Source: Treponemataceae bacterium (GTDB taxonomy: Bacteria; Spirochaetota; Spirochaetia; Treponematales; Rectinemataceae). Taken from it: a stretch of 64,000 bases of DNA. Shown one piece after another: positions 1 through 10,688 of the stretch (positions within the stretch are counted from its first letter, which is position 1; each line of letters opens with the position of its first letter). A model generated the notes under the pieces. It was not told the DNA's origin. It saw only the letters and a list, made by a program, of their open reading frames with translations, and did no database searches. The position numbers were made by a program, and so were the translations under genes. Where the stretch lies: positions 224,001-288,000 of the forward strand of contig CAXXHO010000003.1 of assembly GCA_963667725.2 (NCBI GenBank). Direction: 5' to 3'.

Positions 1-211
1 CGGCTTGGCGGGTACGGCTCTCCTGGCCGTGGCCGTTGAAGGCTATCTGACCATCAAACTGCCGATATGGCTGAGGCCAGTGTTTTTTATCGCCGCTCTT
101 CTCCTGATGGCGCCAGGCACTGTCACAGACTTGATTGGTCTGGGCCTTACGGGCTTGGGTTGGCTTAGCATTCAGCTCATCAAGAAAAACAGGACTGTCG
201 CGGCTGTTTAA
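1..211 (+). CDS. TRAP transporter fused (4TM/12TM) permease, C-terminal fragment truncated by window start
   Basis: Hydrophobic C-terminus (LAVAVEGYL...WLRPVFFIAALLLMAPG..TDLIG) typical of TAXI-associated fused permeases; directly upstream of a TAXI binding protein. Confidence 0.75.
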   Translation, partial: GLAGTALLAVAVEGYLTIKLPIWLRPVFFIAALLLMAPGTVTDLIGLGLTGLGWLSIQLIKKNRTVAAV

Positions 212-284
212 TTTGGACTGCTGCCGGGCTTAGTCCCGGCAATGTATGTTAATGTAGCAATGTGCGTAGAAGGAGGTTTCTACA

Positions 285-1256
285 ATGAAGAAAACCGGAA
301 GCAAAGCGCTCTTCGTCATGATGATCGCCCTAATTCTCGGTGGATCGGGTCTCTTCGCCGCCCCTATCCTGCAGCTCACCATGGGAACGGCTGGCGTAAG
401 CGGAACCAACTATCCCGTCGGCATCGCCATGTGCACGCTGTGGAATCAGAACATCACCGGCATCAAGGCCGTAGCCATCGCGACGGGCGGAAGTCCCCAC
501 AATATCGACTTGCTGAGGACCAAGGACGCTGATATCGCTCAGGTTCGTTCCCTCGAAGCCTATCGCGCCACCAACGGGATTGCCCCCTACCCCGAAAAGA
601 TGCCCTGGATTCGTGCCATCACCGGCGGACTCTTCATGGACGTTTTCCAGGTCGTAGCCTCCAAATCGAGCGGCATTAAATCAGTCGCTGATTTTAAGGG
701 CAAGCGGATCGTGGTTGGTCCAGTAGGATCCGGCGGCGAAGTCGATGCCCGCGAGACGCTCGCTGCCTACGGCTTGACCTACAAGGACGTGAAGGCCAGT
801 TTTGTCGAATATACACAGGGTATCGAGATGATGCAGGATGGTCTCGCCGACGCTGGAATCCTCGGTCTGGCCATGGGCGCGGCCGGCATGACCGAACTTC
901 TTCTCGACGGCAAGGTACAGCTTGTGCCGATTACCGACGCCGCGCTCGCCAACTTGAAGAAGGTCAATGTGGCATATACCCGCCGCGATATACCAGCCAA
1001 TACCTATCCCCACCAGACTGCTCCTGTCCCAACGGTTGGAACGCCTCCCGATGTCATCATGGCACGCGCCGAAATGGACGCTGACCTCGTGTACAAGATG
1101 ACGAAAACACTCTATGAGAATCTGCCCACCATCCAGAATGTCGCGGCGCTTCTCAAGCAGTTCACCAAGGACCTCGTGCTGCCGGATGACCAGATGCTCA
1201 TTCCCTACCACCCCGGCGCCAGGAAGTACTTCGTCGAGCAGGGCTGGCTCAAATAA
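285..1256 (+). CDS. TAXI-family TRAP transporter solute-binding protein
   Basis: Signal peptide; motifs MGTAGVSGTNYPVG, ATGGSPHN, GPVGSG, IPYHPGARKYF; RBS GGAGG upstream. Confidence 0.92.
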   Translation: MKKTGSKALFVMMIALILGGSGLFAAPILQLTMGTAGVSGTNYPVGIAMCTLWNQNITGIKAVAIATGGSPHNIDLLRTKDADIAQVRSLEAYRATNGIAPYPEKMPWIRAITGGLFMDVFQVVASKSSGIKSVADFKGKRIVVGPVGSGGEVDARETLAAYGLTYKDVKASFVEYTQGIEMMQDGLADAGILGLAMGAAGMTELLLDGKVQLVPITDAALANLKKVNVAYTRRDIPANTYPHQTAPVPTVGTPPDVIMARAEMDADLVYKMTKTLYENLPTIQNVAALLKQFTKDLVLPDDQMLIPYHPGARKYFVEQGWLK

Positions 1257-1285
1257 GTCCAGTCGATAGAAACGGTTTTTAAAGC

Positions 1286-1316
1286 GAGCCCCGGAAGCGA
1301 TTCCGGGGCTCTTTTT
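1286..1316 (+). terminator. Rho-independent terminator of the TRAP operon
   Basis: GAGCCCCGGAA-gcga-TTCCGGGGCTC followed by TTTTT. Confidence 0.85.
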
Positions 1317-1356
1317 CGATGGGAAAGCGCTCAGGCCGCGAGGCCACTTCTTGAGG

Positions 1357-3027
1357 CTATCCGATGTCTTTCGGTTCCCTGTATCCCGGCAGCCTCTGAT
1401 GCGGGTAATCCCAGGTTTCCGCCGGCAGGAAATTCTCCTTTACCGTCCTGACCGATGTCCACCGCATGAGGTTAAAGACGCTTCCCGCCTTGTCGTTCGT
1501 CCCCGAGGCTCTCGCCCCGCCAAAAGGCTGCTGGCCGACGACAGCTCCCGTCGACTTGTCGTTGATATAGAAGTTACCGGCGCAGTCCGAGAGGGCATCT
1601 GACATTTTCTCTATCACCCTCCTGTCGTTGGCGAATATCGATCCCGTCAGCGCGAAGGGGCTCGTGGCGTCCACTAGATCCAGCGTTTCGTCGAACTTGT
1701 CGCTGTCGTAGACATAGACCGTCAGGATCGGGCCGAAAATCTCCTCAGACATAAGTTTGCCCGCGGGATTGTTCGTCTCGATAATAGTCGCCGGTATGAA
1801 CCAGCCTTCGCTGTCGTCGCAGTCGCCTCCAACGATGAATTTGTATTCGTCGGGCTTGGCCTTGGCATAGTCGATGTAGGAAACGATGTTCCTGAAAGCC
1901 TTTTTGTCGATGACCGCCCCCATGAAGGTGGAAAAGTCCGCGACATCGCCCATGGCGGCGGACTCCGCGAATCCGACGAGCTTGTCCCGGACCTTCTGCC
2001 AGATGGAGCGAGGTATATAGGCGCGGCTCGTGGCCGAGCATTTCTGCCCCTGGTACTCGAACGCGCCACGGAACAGCGCCACCGCCAGAGCTTGGACATC
2101 ACAGTCCTCGTGGGCGATCAGAAAATTCTTGCCGCCCGTCTCCCCGACGATGCGGGGGTATACTTTATACCTATTCGCCGCGAGGTTATTCGCTATGTCG
2201 ACCCACATCGCGTTGAAGGTGGAGGTGGAGCCCGTGAAGTGCAGCCCAGCGAAATGTCGGCTGGCGATGGCCGGCCCGCCGACGCTGGCCCCGTCGCCCG
2301 GAACGAAATTGATCACCCCGGGAGGCAGGCCGGCTTCCTTCAGCAGCTCCATGATATAATAATTGGAGAGCACCGCGGAGCTTGCCGGCTTCCAGACGAC
2401 CGTGTTGCCCATCATGGCGGGAGCCGTCGGCAAATTCCCGCAGATGGACGTGAAGTTGAAAGGCGTCACGGCGAAGACGAAGCCCTCGAGGGGCCTGTAC
2501 TCCAGTCTGTTCCAAGTCCTCTCCCCGTTATATTCGGGCTGCGTGGCATAGATTTGCCGGGCATAATGAACATTGAAGCGGAAGAAATCGATCAGCTCGC
2601 ATGCCGAGTCGATCTCCGCCTGGTAGACGTTCTTGCTCTGTCCCAGCATAGTCGCCGCGTTCAGCTTCTGGCGGAACCGCGTGGACAGAAGATCGGCTGC
2701 CTTGAGAAAAATCGCGGCCCTGGCCTCCCAGGGCATCCTCTTCCATTCGGCCCTGGATTCGACCGCTTTTTGAGCCGCCATGTCCACCATCGCGGGACTC
2801 GCCTTGTGATAGGTCGCCAGCAAGGCCTTATGGTTGTGGGGCGAACGTATTTCCCCCATGAGCCCGGTGCGAATCTCTTCGCCCCCGATTATCAGCGGTA
2901 TCTCGACAGGTTCGGATCCCTGGCGCGCAAGCTCGAGGGCAAGCGCTCCCGTTTCGGGACAATCAGGCGCGTAATTGTAGACGTGTTCGTTGAGCGGAAA
3001 GGGTGAGGAAAAAATCCCGTCCTGCAT
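1357..3027 (-). CDS. pruA: L-glutamate gamma-semialdehyde (P5C) dehydrogenase
   Basis: ALDH motifs PFNF, FTGST, ETGGKN, FEYQGQKCSA, EEIFGP, QQPFGGARASGTNDKAGS; start reassigned to MQDGIF (ATG 3027) with AAGGAG RBS. Confidence 0.93.
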   Translation of the reverse strand: MQDGIFSSPFPLNEHVYNYAPDCPETGALALELARQGSEPVEIPLIIGGEEIRTGLMGEIRSPHNHKALLATYHKASPAMVDMAAQKAVESRAEWKRMPWEARAAIFLKAADLLSTRFRQKLNAATMLGQSKNVYQAEIDSACELIDFFRFNVHYARQIYATQPEYNGERTWNRLEYRPLEGFVFAVTPFNFTSICGNLPTAPAMMGNTVVWKPASSAVLSNYYIMELLKEAGLPPGVINFVPGDGASVGGPAIASRHFAGLHFTGSTSTFNAMWVDIANNLAANRYKVYPRIVGETGGKNFLIAHEDCDVQALAVALFRGAFEYQGQKCSATSRAYIPRSIWQKVRDKLVGFAESAAMGDVADFSTFMGAVIDKKAFRNIVSYIDYAKAKPDEYKFIVGGDCDDSEGWFIPATIIETNNPAGKLMSEEIFGPILTVYVYDSDKFDETLDLVDATSPFALTGSIFANDRRVIEKMSDALSDCAGNFYINDKSTGAVVGQQPFGGARASGTNDKAGSVFNLMRWTSVRTVKENFLPAETWDYPHQRLPGYREPKDIG

Positions 3028-3308
3028 GATGAGTCTCCTTTTGTCTGGATGCGCTCCGATGCCGGATGGGTATGACAAACCGCGACGAGACTGGGACCGC
3101 GAATTTCCGAAAAGGGAATTACCGTCTTTCATTTCGCCCGCGGATGCGTCCTTTCCAAGCATGGGAGATCCGCCTCTTTCGGGACGAACCCATTGACTTA
3201 TCCCCATAGAGCCGATCCTGTGGAAGGAACGGTCCTTAGGCGGGAAAAGCTTCAGAGCATCGAGGAAAATGTATCATTATATGCGGAGGGAGAACAGCCG
3301 GGCGGCCA

Positions 3309-5123
3309 TTATTTTAGAGGCAGCCGGATCGTGAAAACCGAACCTTCTCCCGACCAGCTTTCCGCCTGCACCGAACCGCCATGGGCGATGGCGATATGGC
3401 GTACGATGGCGAGTCCCAGGCCAGTGCCGCCCGATTTCCTGTCCCGGGATTTATCGGCGCGGTAGAAACGCTCGAAAATGCGTTCCAGGTCTGGGGCGGG
3501 AATTCCCGATCCCCTGTCCCTAACGCGCAGTTCGACGATGCCGTTCCCGGCTTCCGCTTCTAGCGTCACGATGGAGCCCTGCGGCGAATATCGTATGGCG
3601 TTCTCGAGGAGATTGGTGAGCGCCTGCTCGACGAGACCCGGATTAGCCATGAGACGAAGGCCGCTCTGGACGGCGGATTCCAGTCGTATGGACTTCAGTT
3701 CGGCCTGGTTTTTCACGTTCTCGAAAGCCGCCGCTCCTATGTCCTCAACAAGGCAGGATTCCATGCTGAGCCATCCGGAAGGGTCTTTCTCGAGCCGGGC
3801 TAGGGACAGAAGATCTTCCACGATCCTTTCCATGCGGAGCGCGTTCTTCTCGATGATCTCGAGGTATCGATCCGCCGCTTCGCCTTCGAGGCCTCCGGAG
3901 CGGAGGGTTTCCGCGAAACCCCGGATGAGGTGGATGGGTGTGCGCAGTTCGTGCGAGACATTCGCGACGAAATCGGTACGCATGGTTTCGAGTCGCTTCA
4001 TCATGCTTATATCGCTGATGGCGAGGACGATGCCCTGCTTTTCCGCGCCGCCGAGAAGCGACGCGTTGACCCGCACGATTTTTTCGCTTCCGGGATAGAG
4101 ATTCACCTCATCGGCGACAGCCCTATCCGAGGCGATGCAGCGGTTCGCGATCGACACGAGGCCCGAGATTCCGGCGATCTGGGTGAGGAGAAGGCCTAGG
4201 AGGGTTCCCGGCTCGGCGCCAAGCATGGCGTGGGCGGCGGGGTTGGCCTCGATGATCTTGAGGCTGCAGTCGAGCGCCATGATGGCTTCGCCCGCCGAAT
4301 CGAGAATCGCCGAGAAGCGTTTGCCCAAAGCCTCAGCTTCTGCCGCTTTCTTGTTGAGATCGGCGGCCATCGAATCAAGGGATTCTTCCAGAACCTTCAG
4401 TTCACGCGGCATGTGGTCGGCTTGTCGGCGCAGGGGAGGGGGCTGAGAGGCGCCGCGAGCCTCAGCCGCGGCATCCGATCCCATGTCGCCTCTCGCGTGC
4501 AGCCGGGCTCGGTCGGCAAGCAGGACCACGGGACGATCGAGGATGCGTACCAGCGCCGCGCTTCCCGCGAGGGCGGCGAGAGCTGCGACGAGCGCGGCCA
4601 GGATCATGGATCTTCGGGCGTCGCCGAGGCTTTCCATGAGGCCAGGGAGGGGGAGGGCCAGGCGGAGGGCGCCCGTTATGGTTTTCCCGTCCGGAGCGCG
4701 CAGCGGAATGGCCGCGTAAAGCATCCATTCGCCCAAGGTCGTCGAGAGACGTCGGGACCAGGAAGCCCTGCCCGCGAGAGCGCCGGCGACTTCGGTCCGG
4801 TCCGAATGGTTGGACATCGAAATGGAATCGGCGCTTGAATCGCCAGCGACCCTCCCCGAAATATCGATCAACGTGACCCTATAGCCCGATTCGGTTCCGA
4901 CATCGGCGCAGAAAAGGGCCGCCGCGCCGGGATTCGAAGTCGAATTCCAGTCCTCGGGCAGAAAAGCGGCCGCCGCAACGGCAGCCCGTTCAAGACCATC
5001 GGCGTTCGACCTGATGTACGCTCGCTCGGAGATGGCGATGCTGAGCGCGAGGACGAGGACGGCCACCGAGAGGACGGCAGCCGAAATGACCGCCAGGCTC
5101 CTGGCGAAAAGGCTCCGTCTCAC
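3309..5123 (-). CDS. phoR: Phosphate-regulon sensor histidine kinase (HAMP/PAS/HisKA/HATPase)
   Basis: DFVANVSHELRTP, NLLENAIRY, DRGSGI, FERFYRAD, GGTGLGLAI; last gene of the pst operon. Confidence 0.88.
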   Translation of the reverse strand: MRRSLFARSLAVISAAVLSVAVLVLALSIAISERAYIRSNADGLERAAVAAAAFLPEDWNSTSNPGAAALFCADVGTESGYRVTLIDISGRVAGDSSADSISMSNHSDRTEVAGALAGRASWSRRLSTTLGEWMLYAAIPLRAPDGKTITGALRLALPLPGLMESLGDARRSMILAALVAALAALAGSAALVRILDRPVVLLADRARLHARGDMGSDAAAEARGASQPPPLRRQADHMPRELKVLEESLDSMAADLNKKAAEAEALGKRFSAILDSAGEAIMALDCSLKIIEANPAAHAMLGAEPGTLLGLLLTQIAGISGLVSIANRCIASDRAVADEVNLYPGSEKIVRVNASLLGGAEKQGIVLAISDISMMKRLETMRTDFVANVSHELRTPIHLIRGFAETLRSGGLEGEAADRYLEIIEKNALRMERIVEDLLSLARLEKDPSGWLSMESCLVEDIGAAAFENVKNQAELKSIRLESAVQSGLRLMANPGLVEQALTNLLENAIRYSPQGSIVTLEAEAGNGIVELRVRDRGSGIPAPDLERIFERFYRADKSRDRKSGGTGLGLAIVRHIAIAHGGSVQAESWSGEGSVFTIRLPLK

Positions 5124-5851
5124 GGCGTGCCCCTGAATCTATACCCTATGCCTCGCACCGTTTCGATGAAGGCGCCCTCGTCGCCCAGTTTCCGCCTGAG
5201 CGAGAGGATATGAACGTCGAGGGAGCGGTCGGTGACGGGATAATCGTCGCCTTTCGTCTTCGCGATGGCCTGGGCCCTCGTGAACACTCGTCCCGGTTCG
5301 CGCATCAGAAGCTCCAGGAAGGCAAATTCCGTAGCGGAGAGATCTATGGGCCTTCCCTTCGCGATTACCTCATGCCGCAATGGATCGAGGACTATCCCCG
5401 AAACCTCCAGGGAATCGCTCTTTTTTTCCGTCTTGCCTTCGACGCGCCTGAGAAGCGAACGGATTCGCGCGACGAGAACCTTGGGACTGAAGGGTTTGGC
5501 TATGTAGTCGTCCGCGCCGAGATCGAGGCCGACGACGACGTCCGCTTCCTCCCCGCGCGCTGAGGCTATGATGACGGGAAGGGCGGCGCTTTTCGGCCGC
5601 GAACGCAGCGCGCGCAGGACGGCGAGGCCGTCCATGCCGGGGAGCATTAGGTCGAGGACGCAGAGATTCACATCGCTCTTTTCAATGAGGTCGCCCGCTT
5701 CGATGAGGGCGAGGGCTTTTTCGCCGTTTTCGGCGAGGAGACTCCGCCAGCCTTCCTTGCGGAAAGAGACGGCGAGAAGTTCAGCGATATCAGGATCGTC
5801 TTCCACGATCAGAATTGTCGGTCCATCCATTCCGCTTCCCTCCTCATTCAT
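5120..5851 (-). CDS. phoB: OmpR/PhoB-family response regulator
   Basis: VEDD, LDLMLPGMDG, GADDYIAKPF, winged helix IETVRGIGYRF; between phoU and the kinase (start may be 5830). Confidence 0.88.
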   Translation of the reverse strand: MNEEGSGMDGPTILIVEDDPDIAELLAVSFRKEGWRSLLAENGEKALALIEAGDLIEKSDVNLCVLDLMLPGMDGLAVLRALRSRPKSAALPVIIASARGEEADVVVGLDLGADDYIAKPFSPKVLVARIRSLLRRVEGKTEKKSDSLEVSGIVLDPLRHEVIAKGRPIDLSATEFAFLELLMREPGRVFTRAQAIAKTKGDDYPVTDRSLDVHILSLRRKLGDEGAFIETVRGIGYRFRGTP

Positions 5852-6503
5852 TCAGTCCCACCCTCGTGCCCTTCACCATGAAGACGATATCCTCGCAGGC
5901 GTTGGTCATGTGGTCGCCCAGACGCTCGAGGTAGCCCGAGGTGGTGAGGAGCTTGGCGGCCCGCTCTGCCTCCTGGGGTCTTTCGCGCATCATGGCGAGC
6001 ACGTCGTTGATCAGGGCCTTGTGCTCGCCATCCACGATATCATCCATCGCGGCCGCGCTCAACGCCAGTTCCACCGAGCGGTCGCAGAAGGCCCTGGCCG
6101 TGTTTCGCATCATGGTTCCGTCGATCTCGGCCATGTGGGCGAGGCGTTCGATCATGCGCGACTTGGGTTCGCCAGCGAACTTGCCCGTGGCCTTGGCCAG
6201 GTGCACCGCGTAATCGGCCGCCCTCTCGTAGTCGCCCGCTATCTTGGACGCCGCCACGAGGATCCTCAAGTCCCCCGCCACGGGCTGCTGGGTGGCGAGG
6301 GCTACGGCGACGAGGTCTTCTATGTCGACCTGGAGGCGGTCGATCTCGGCGTCGCCCTTTTTCACGTCCTTTACGAGATCCATGTCCTGGTTCCGAATGG
6401 CGAGGGAAGCCTTGAGGAGGGCTTCCTCGGCCTTGGCGGCGATGAGGGTGATGGCGGCGTCGATCTGGGCGAGTTCTTCGGTCAATCTGGTCCTGTCGGT
6501 CAT
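5844..6503 (-). CDS. phoU: Phosphate signalling protein PhoU
   Basis: QQPVAGDLR, DYERAADYA, LERLGDHMTNACE repeats. Confidence 0.93.
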   Translation of the reverse strand: MTDRTRLTEELAQIDAAITLIAAKAEEALLKASLAIRNQDMDLVKDVKKGDAEIDRLQVDIEDLVAVALATQQPVAGDLRILVAASKIAGDYERAADYAVHLAKATGKFAGEPKSRMIERLAHMAEIDGTMMRNTARAFCDRSVELALSAAAMDDIVDGEHKALINDVLAMMRERPQEAERAAKLLTTSGYLERLGDHMTNACEDIVFMVKGTRVGLNE

Positions 6504-6563
6504 TTTCCCGTCCTGTAGGTCATTGTTTTTTCCTGTTATCCTGTCTGGCTTTTTAAACGATTC

Positions 6564-7322
6564 TCAACCGAAGCGCCCCGAGATATACCGTTCCGTGCGC
6601 TCGTCCTTCGGGGTGACGAAGAGCTGTCTGGTGGGGGCGTATTCGACCAGGTCGCCCGTGAGGAAGAAAGCCGTGCTGTCCGAAACGCGGCCAGCCTGCT
6701 GCATGTTGTGCGTCACGATGATGATAGTATACAGGCTTTTTAGGTCTTCTAGGAGGGATTCTATCTTGGCCGTCGAAAGTGGATCGAGAGCGCTCGTCGG
6801 CTCATCCATGAGGAGTATCTCGGGCTTCAGCGCCAAGGCCCGCGCTATGCAGAGCCTCTGCTGCTGGCCTCCCGAGAGGGCGTAGGCGCTGCGCTTCAAT
6901 TTGTCCTTCACCTCGTCCCAGAGGGCGGCCTGCTTCAGGCTGGATTCCACCAGCTCGTCCATATCTCCCGTCCATCCGTTGATGCGTGCGCCCCAGGCGA
7001 TATTCTCGTAGATGCTTTTCGGGAAAGGATTGGGCTTCTGGAAGACCATGCCTATGTTCCTGCGCACCTGGACGGCGTCGACGGCCGCGTCGTAGATATT
7101 GACGCCGTGGAAGAGCACCTGGCCCCTGGTCTTCGTGTCGGGAATGAGCTCGTTCATGCGGTTGAAGGCGCGCAGGGCCGTGCTTTTCCCGCAGCCCGAG
7201 GGGCCGATGATGGCCGTCACCGAGCGTTTCGCGAAGGCCATCGTCAGGTCGCGCACACCGATGTGGCCGTCGGCGTATTCTATGGTCATGTTCCGCACGT
7301 CGAGTGCAATTTCATTGTTCAC
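6564..7322 (-). CDS. pstB: Phosphate ABC transporter ATPase
   Basis: [44 protein letters not shown] start at 7322 overlaps the pstA stop (GTGA). Confidence 0.95.
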   Translation of the reverse strand: MNNEIALDVRNMTIEYADGHIGVRDLTMAFAKRSVTAIIGPSGCGKSTALRAFNRMNELIPDTKTRGQVLFHGVNIYDAAVDAVQVRRNIGMVFQKPNPFPKSIYENIAWGARINGWTGDMDELVESSLKQAALWDEVKDKLKRSAYALSGGQQQRLCIARALALKPEILLMDEPTSALDPLSTAKIESLLEDLKSLYTIIIVTHNMQQAGRVSDSTAFFLTGDLVEYAPTRQLFVTPKDERTERYISGRFG

Positions 7323-8557
7323 GTGTTCGTTCTCCGTCGGGCGCTGAAGCGGTTGCGCAGGATTATGGCCGTCGCGTTGAGCGTCAGAAGAAGGACGAGA
7401 AGGACGAGGATCGCCGCGGCGGCGAGGTTCTTGAACTCTCCCTGGGGTCGGGAGGTCCACTGGTAGATCTGGATGGGAAGGGTGGTGAAGCGCGAGAAAG
7501 GACTCACCGGATCGATGGTGAGGAAGGTGGAGGCGCCTACCACGACGAGAGGGGCCGTTTCGCCGAGGGCGCGGGAGATGGCGAGGACGGTGCCCGTGAG
7601 GATCCTGTCGGCGCTGGCGGGCAGGACATGGTGCCAGATCGTCTGCCATTTCGTGGCGCCCAGGGCGAGCCCGGCCTTCCTCAGAGATTGGGGCACGGCG
7701 CGTAGGGCTTCCTGCGAGTTGATGATGATTACCGGCAGGACGAGGAGGGCGAGGGTGAGGGAGGCCGAAAGGATGGTCCGCCCGCTCGCGGCGCCTTTTT
7801 CGGCGGCGCCGAAGAGGACGCCCGAGGTCAGCGGCTCGAGCCAGCGCACGAAGACGGCCAAGCCAAGCATGCCGTAGATGATCGAGGGCACCCCGGACAG
7901 GTTGTAGATGTTGAGCTGTATGAAGCGGTTCACCGCGTTGTCGGCGGCGTATTCCTCTAGCCAGATCGCCGCGGCCACGCCAAGGGGAAAAGCGATGAGG
8001 AGGGTGAGGAGGATCGTGGCCAGGGAGCCGATAGCCGCGCCGCGGAGACCCGAGTCCAGCGCCGAACTCGACTGGGGATTCGTGAGGAGGCTGGCCCGCA
8101 GCCAGGAGCGGAAATACAGCCTTCCATCGGGAAAATCGCTGTTCCTGAAGTCCATTATGGCTTTGCGCTGTAAGACGCTCTGCGCGAGGGTCCAGGTGCG
8201 TGCTGGTCTTTCCTGGACGATTTCCGTCATCACGAGGCCGAGCAGCTCCTCCCTGCTTCTGGAATCCAGGGGCTTGGCTTCTTCCAGCGTGGCAAGATGG
8301 CGGCGGGTGAGCCCTTCCTTGAGCGTCTCCACAAGGGCGGGGGCTTCCTGACCTTCCAGGGCGACGCCCTCCCTGGCCAGGCTCGCGGGATCGACTTCCG
8401 AGGTGACGAGGACATAGCCAAAGCTCTGCGAGACGATCGAGAGCACGAGGATGACGAGAAAGAGGACGGAAATCGCCGTGGCGACAAGGAAAGCCGTGCC
8501 CCAGCGCGTCGCCCTGGCCTTCCGCGCGCCCAGGTTTTCCGCATGAACTCCGTTCAT
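7319..8557 (-). CDS. pstA: Phosphate ABC transporter permease PstA (long form with an extra soluble loop)
   Basis: [32 protein letters not shown]. Confidence 0.93.
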   Translation of the reverse strand: MNGVHAENLGARKARATRWGTAFLVATAISVLFLVILVLSIVSQSFGYVLVTSEVDPASLAREGVALEGQEAPALVETLKEGLTRRHLATLEEAKPLDSRSREELLGLVMTEIVQERPARTWTLAQSVLQRKAIMDFRNSDFPDGRLYFRSWLRASLLTNPQSSSALDSGLRGAAIGSLATILLTLLIAFPLGVAAAIWLEEYAADNAVNRFIQLNIYNLSGVPSIIYGMLGLAVFVRWLEPLTSGVLFGAAEKGAASGRTILSASLTLALLVLPVIIINSQEALRAVPQSLRKAGLALGATKWQTIWHHVLPASADRILTGTVLAISRALGETAPLVVVGASTFLTIDPVSPFSRFTTLPIQIYQWTSRPQGEFKNLAAAAILVLLVLLLTLNATAIILRNRFSARRRTNT

Positions 8558-9468
8558 TCGTACACCTCCCTGCGCTTGCCCACGATGCGGCGGGAGATGA
8601 GATTGAGGATCATCGTGATGACGAAGAGGGTGGCTGCTATGGCGAAGAGGCTCGAATAATCGATGGTATCGTAGGAGAGGTCGCCGCCCGATATCCTGAC
8701 GATATGACCCGTCATGGTTTCGGCCGACTTCAGCGGATTCAAGGTGAGGTTGGGACCGGCCCCGGCGGCGAGGGCGACGATCATCGTCTCACCCACGGCC
8801 CTCGAGAGGCCGAGAATAAAGGCCGCCGCGAGGCCAGAGAAGGCGGCGGGGACGACCACCTGGGTCGTCACTTCCAGCTTGGTGGCGCCGGTGGCGTAGG
8901 CCGCCTCCCTCATCGTGCGCGGCACGGCGGAGAGAGCGTCCTCGCACATCGAGGCGATGAGGGGAAGGATGAGAATGCCCATCACGAGCCCCGCCGAAAG
9001 CATATTGTAGACTTGCAGGCGATCCTGCCCGATCATGCCGCGCAGGAGGGGAGTCACCGTGGAGAGGGCGAAATAGCCATAGACCACGGTGGGTATGCCG
9101 GCGAGCACCTCGAGGGCTGGCTTCAGGAACTGTCTCACGCCCCAGGGAGCGTATTCCGAAAGATAGACGGCCACCATGAGGCCGAGAGGGAGGGCCACGG
9201 CCATGGCGATGAGGCTCGTCACGAGAGTGGCCGAGGCCAGGGGGAGAATGCCGAATTTTCCGATGGCGGGCTGCCAGAGGCTGCCCGTGAGGAACTCGAC
9301 GATGGACACTTCCTTGAAGAAGGAGAAGGTTTCTTTGCCCAGGATGAGGACAATGCCCGCTGTCGTGAGAATGGAAAAGGCAGCGCAGGAAAAGAGGAAG
9401 GCCTTGATGACGGCCTCGCCCGGCCTGGGAGGCCGGGCGAGGCCGCGCGCCGGAAAGACTTGCGTCAT
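8554..9468 (-). CDS. pstC: Phosphate ABC transporter permease PstC
   Basis: [22 protein letters not shown]. Confidence 0.94.
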   Translation of the reverse strand: MTQVFPARGLARPPRPGEAVIKAFLFSCAAFSILTTAGIVLILGKETFSFFKEVSIVEFLTGSLWQPAIGKFGILPLASATLVTSLIAMAVALPLGLMVAVYLSEYAPWGVRQFLKPALEVLAGIPTVVYGYFALSTVTPLLRGMIGQDRLQVYNMLSAGLVMGILILPLIASMCEDALSAVPRTMREAAYATGATKLEVTTQVVVPAAFSGLAAAFILGLSRAVGETMIVALAAGAGPNLTLNPLKSAETMTGHIVRISGGDLSYDTIDYSSLFAIAATLFVITMILNLISRRIVGKRREVYE

Positions 9469-10451
9469 CAGTACCGGCCTTTCATAGCCGCCGCAAGGGC
9501 GTTCTTGGATGCTTTCAGGGCCGAGGCCGGGGCGGGGAAGTAGCCTACCTTCACGATCAGGTCGTTCACGTAGGTGAGATAGTAGGTGAGGAAGGCGGCG
9601 ACCTGGGGTTTTTCCTGGATGATCCGCGCGTCTGAGTAGAGGAAGAGAGGGCGGGATAGGGGATAGGTCCCCGCGTCCACCGTCTCGCCCGAGGGCGCGA
9701 TCGAATTGACCGCGAGCGCCTTGAGCTTGCCTCTGTTTTCGACGTAGTAGGCGAATCCGAAGTATCCCACCGCGTATTCATCGCCCGCCACCCCCTGCAC
9801 GAGGACGTTGTCGTCCTCGGAGAGCTGGAGATTTTTGGCGCTGAGGAGTGGTTCCTTCTTGGTCTTGAACACATGCTCGACGAAGTAGTCGAAGGTGCCC
9901 GAATCGGTGCCGGGCGAGAAACGCTTCACTTCCTTCCTGGGCCAGGTCGAACGGACGTCGGACCAGTAGGTGGCCGTCGAGAAGAGCTTGCCCAGCTCAT
10001 CCACCGTAATGTCCTTCGCGAAGCTATTTTTCGAGCTCACGACGACGGCCAAGGCATCGGTTCCTACGCGGAACTCGATGGGGGTCCTTGGGGTCGCGAG
10101 CTTGGCGGCTGATTCTTTTTCGCTCGATTTTATGGCGCGGGAAGCGTTGGCGATGTCGGTTTCGCCCGCCTTGGCCCAGCGCTCGAAGCCGGCGCCCGAT
10201 CCTATGGAATCGATCGTTACCTGGCCGGCGAAGCCTTCCTTGGCGAAGCGCTCGGCGATGGCTTCCGAAAGCGGGAATACCGTCGATGAACCGGCGGTGA
10301 TGATCGAGCCCGTCACTTTCGCCGGATTAACGCCGGGCAGGATTTTGTCCTTGTCGTCGGAGATGGAATCGACCCAGGTAAATTTACCCTGGGCAAAAAC
10401 AGCCATAGTCAGGAGAGCGAGCAGCGAAGCCAGCAGTCTTTTCTTCATCAT
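9468..10451 (-). CDS. pstS: Phosphate-binding protein PstS
   Basis: Signal peptide; GSSTVFP, GSGAG, ASRAIK, PGTDSGTFDYF, YPLSRPLF. Confidence 0.93.
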   Translation of the reverse strand: MMKKRLLASLLALLTMAVFAQGKFTWVDSISDDKDKILPGVNPAKVTGSIITAGSSTVFPLSEAIAERFAKEGFAGQVTIDSIGSGAGFERWAKAGETDIANASRAIKSSEKESAAKLATPRTPIEFRVGTDALAVVVSSKNSFAKDITVDELGKLFSTATYWSDVRSTWPRKEVKRFSPGTDSGTFDYFVEHVFKTKKEPLLSAKNLQLSEDDNVLVQGVAGDEYAVGYFGFAYYVENRGKLKALAVNSIAPSGETVDAGTYPLSRPLFLYSDARIIQEKPQVAAFLTYYLTYVNDLIVKVGYFPAPASALKASKNALAAAMKGRY

Positions 10452-10515
10452 TTCCTCCGGTATCGATAGTGCGCCAGGTTCCGGACTTTTTTCCTTGTCC
10501 AGCCTGACGTGGACA

Positions 10516-10569
10516 AAACTAGAGGAGGTTGATGAAGTTATTGGTAGATGAATGTTAAAAATGTGTTAA
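10516..10569 (-). promoter_or_regulatory. pstS promoter with Pho box (TTAACA-N5-TTAACA, 11-bp period) and -10 TAGTTT
   Basis: Minus-strand TTAACA at 10569-10564 and 10558-10553, degenerate CTACCA at 10547-10542, -10-like TAGTTT at 10521-10516. Confidence 0.7.
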
Positions 10570-10688
10570 TTGCGCTGCTTAGACCAATTCCATATTCGGG
10601 ACGACGGAAGTTTTTCGCTTTTATATAACCTTCTCTTATGCTACGATGCCTTCGCTTAAAACTAATCTCCAGTAAAAAGGAAACTCAT

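Noticed and set aside
7323..7649. N-terminal extension of PstB
   Set aside because: Lies inside pstA in another frame; the GTGA-coupled start at 7322 gives a normal-size PstB
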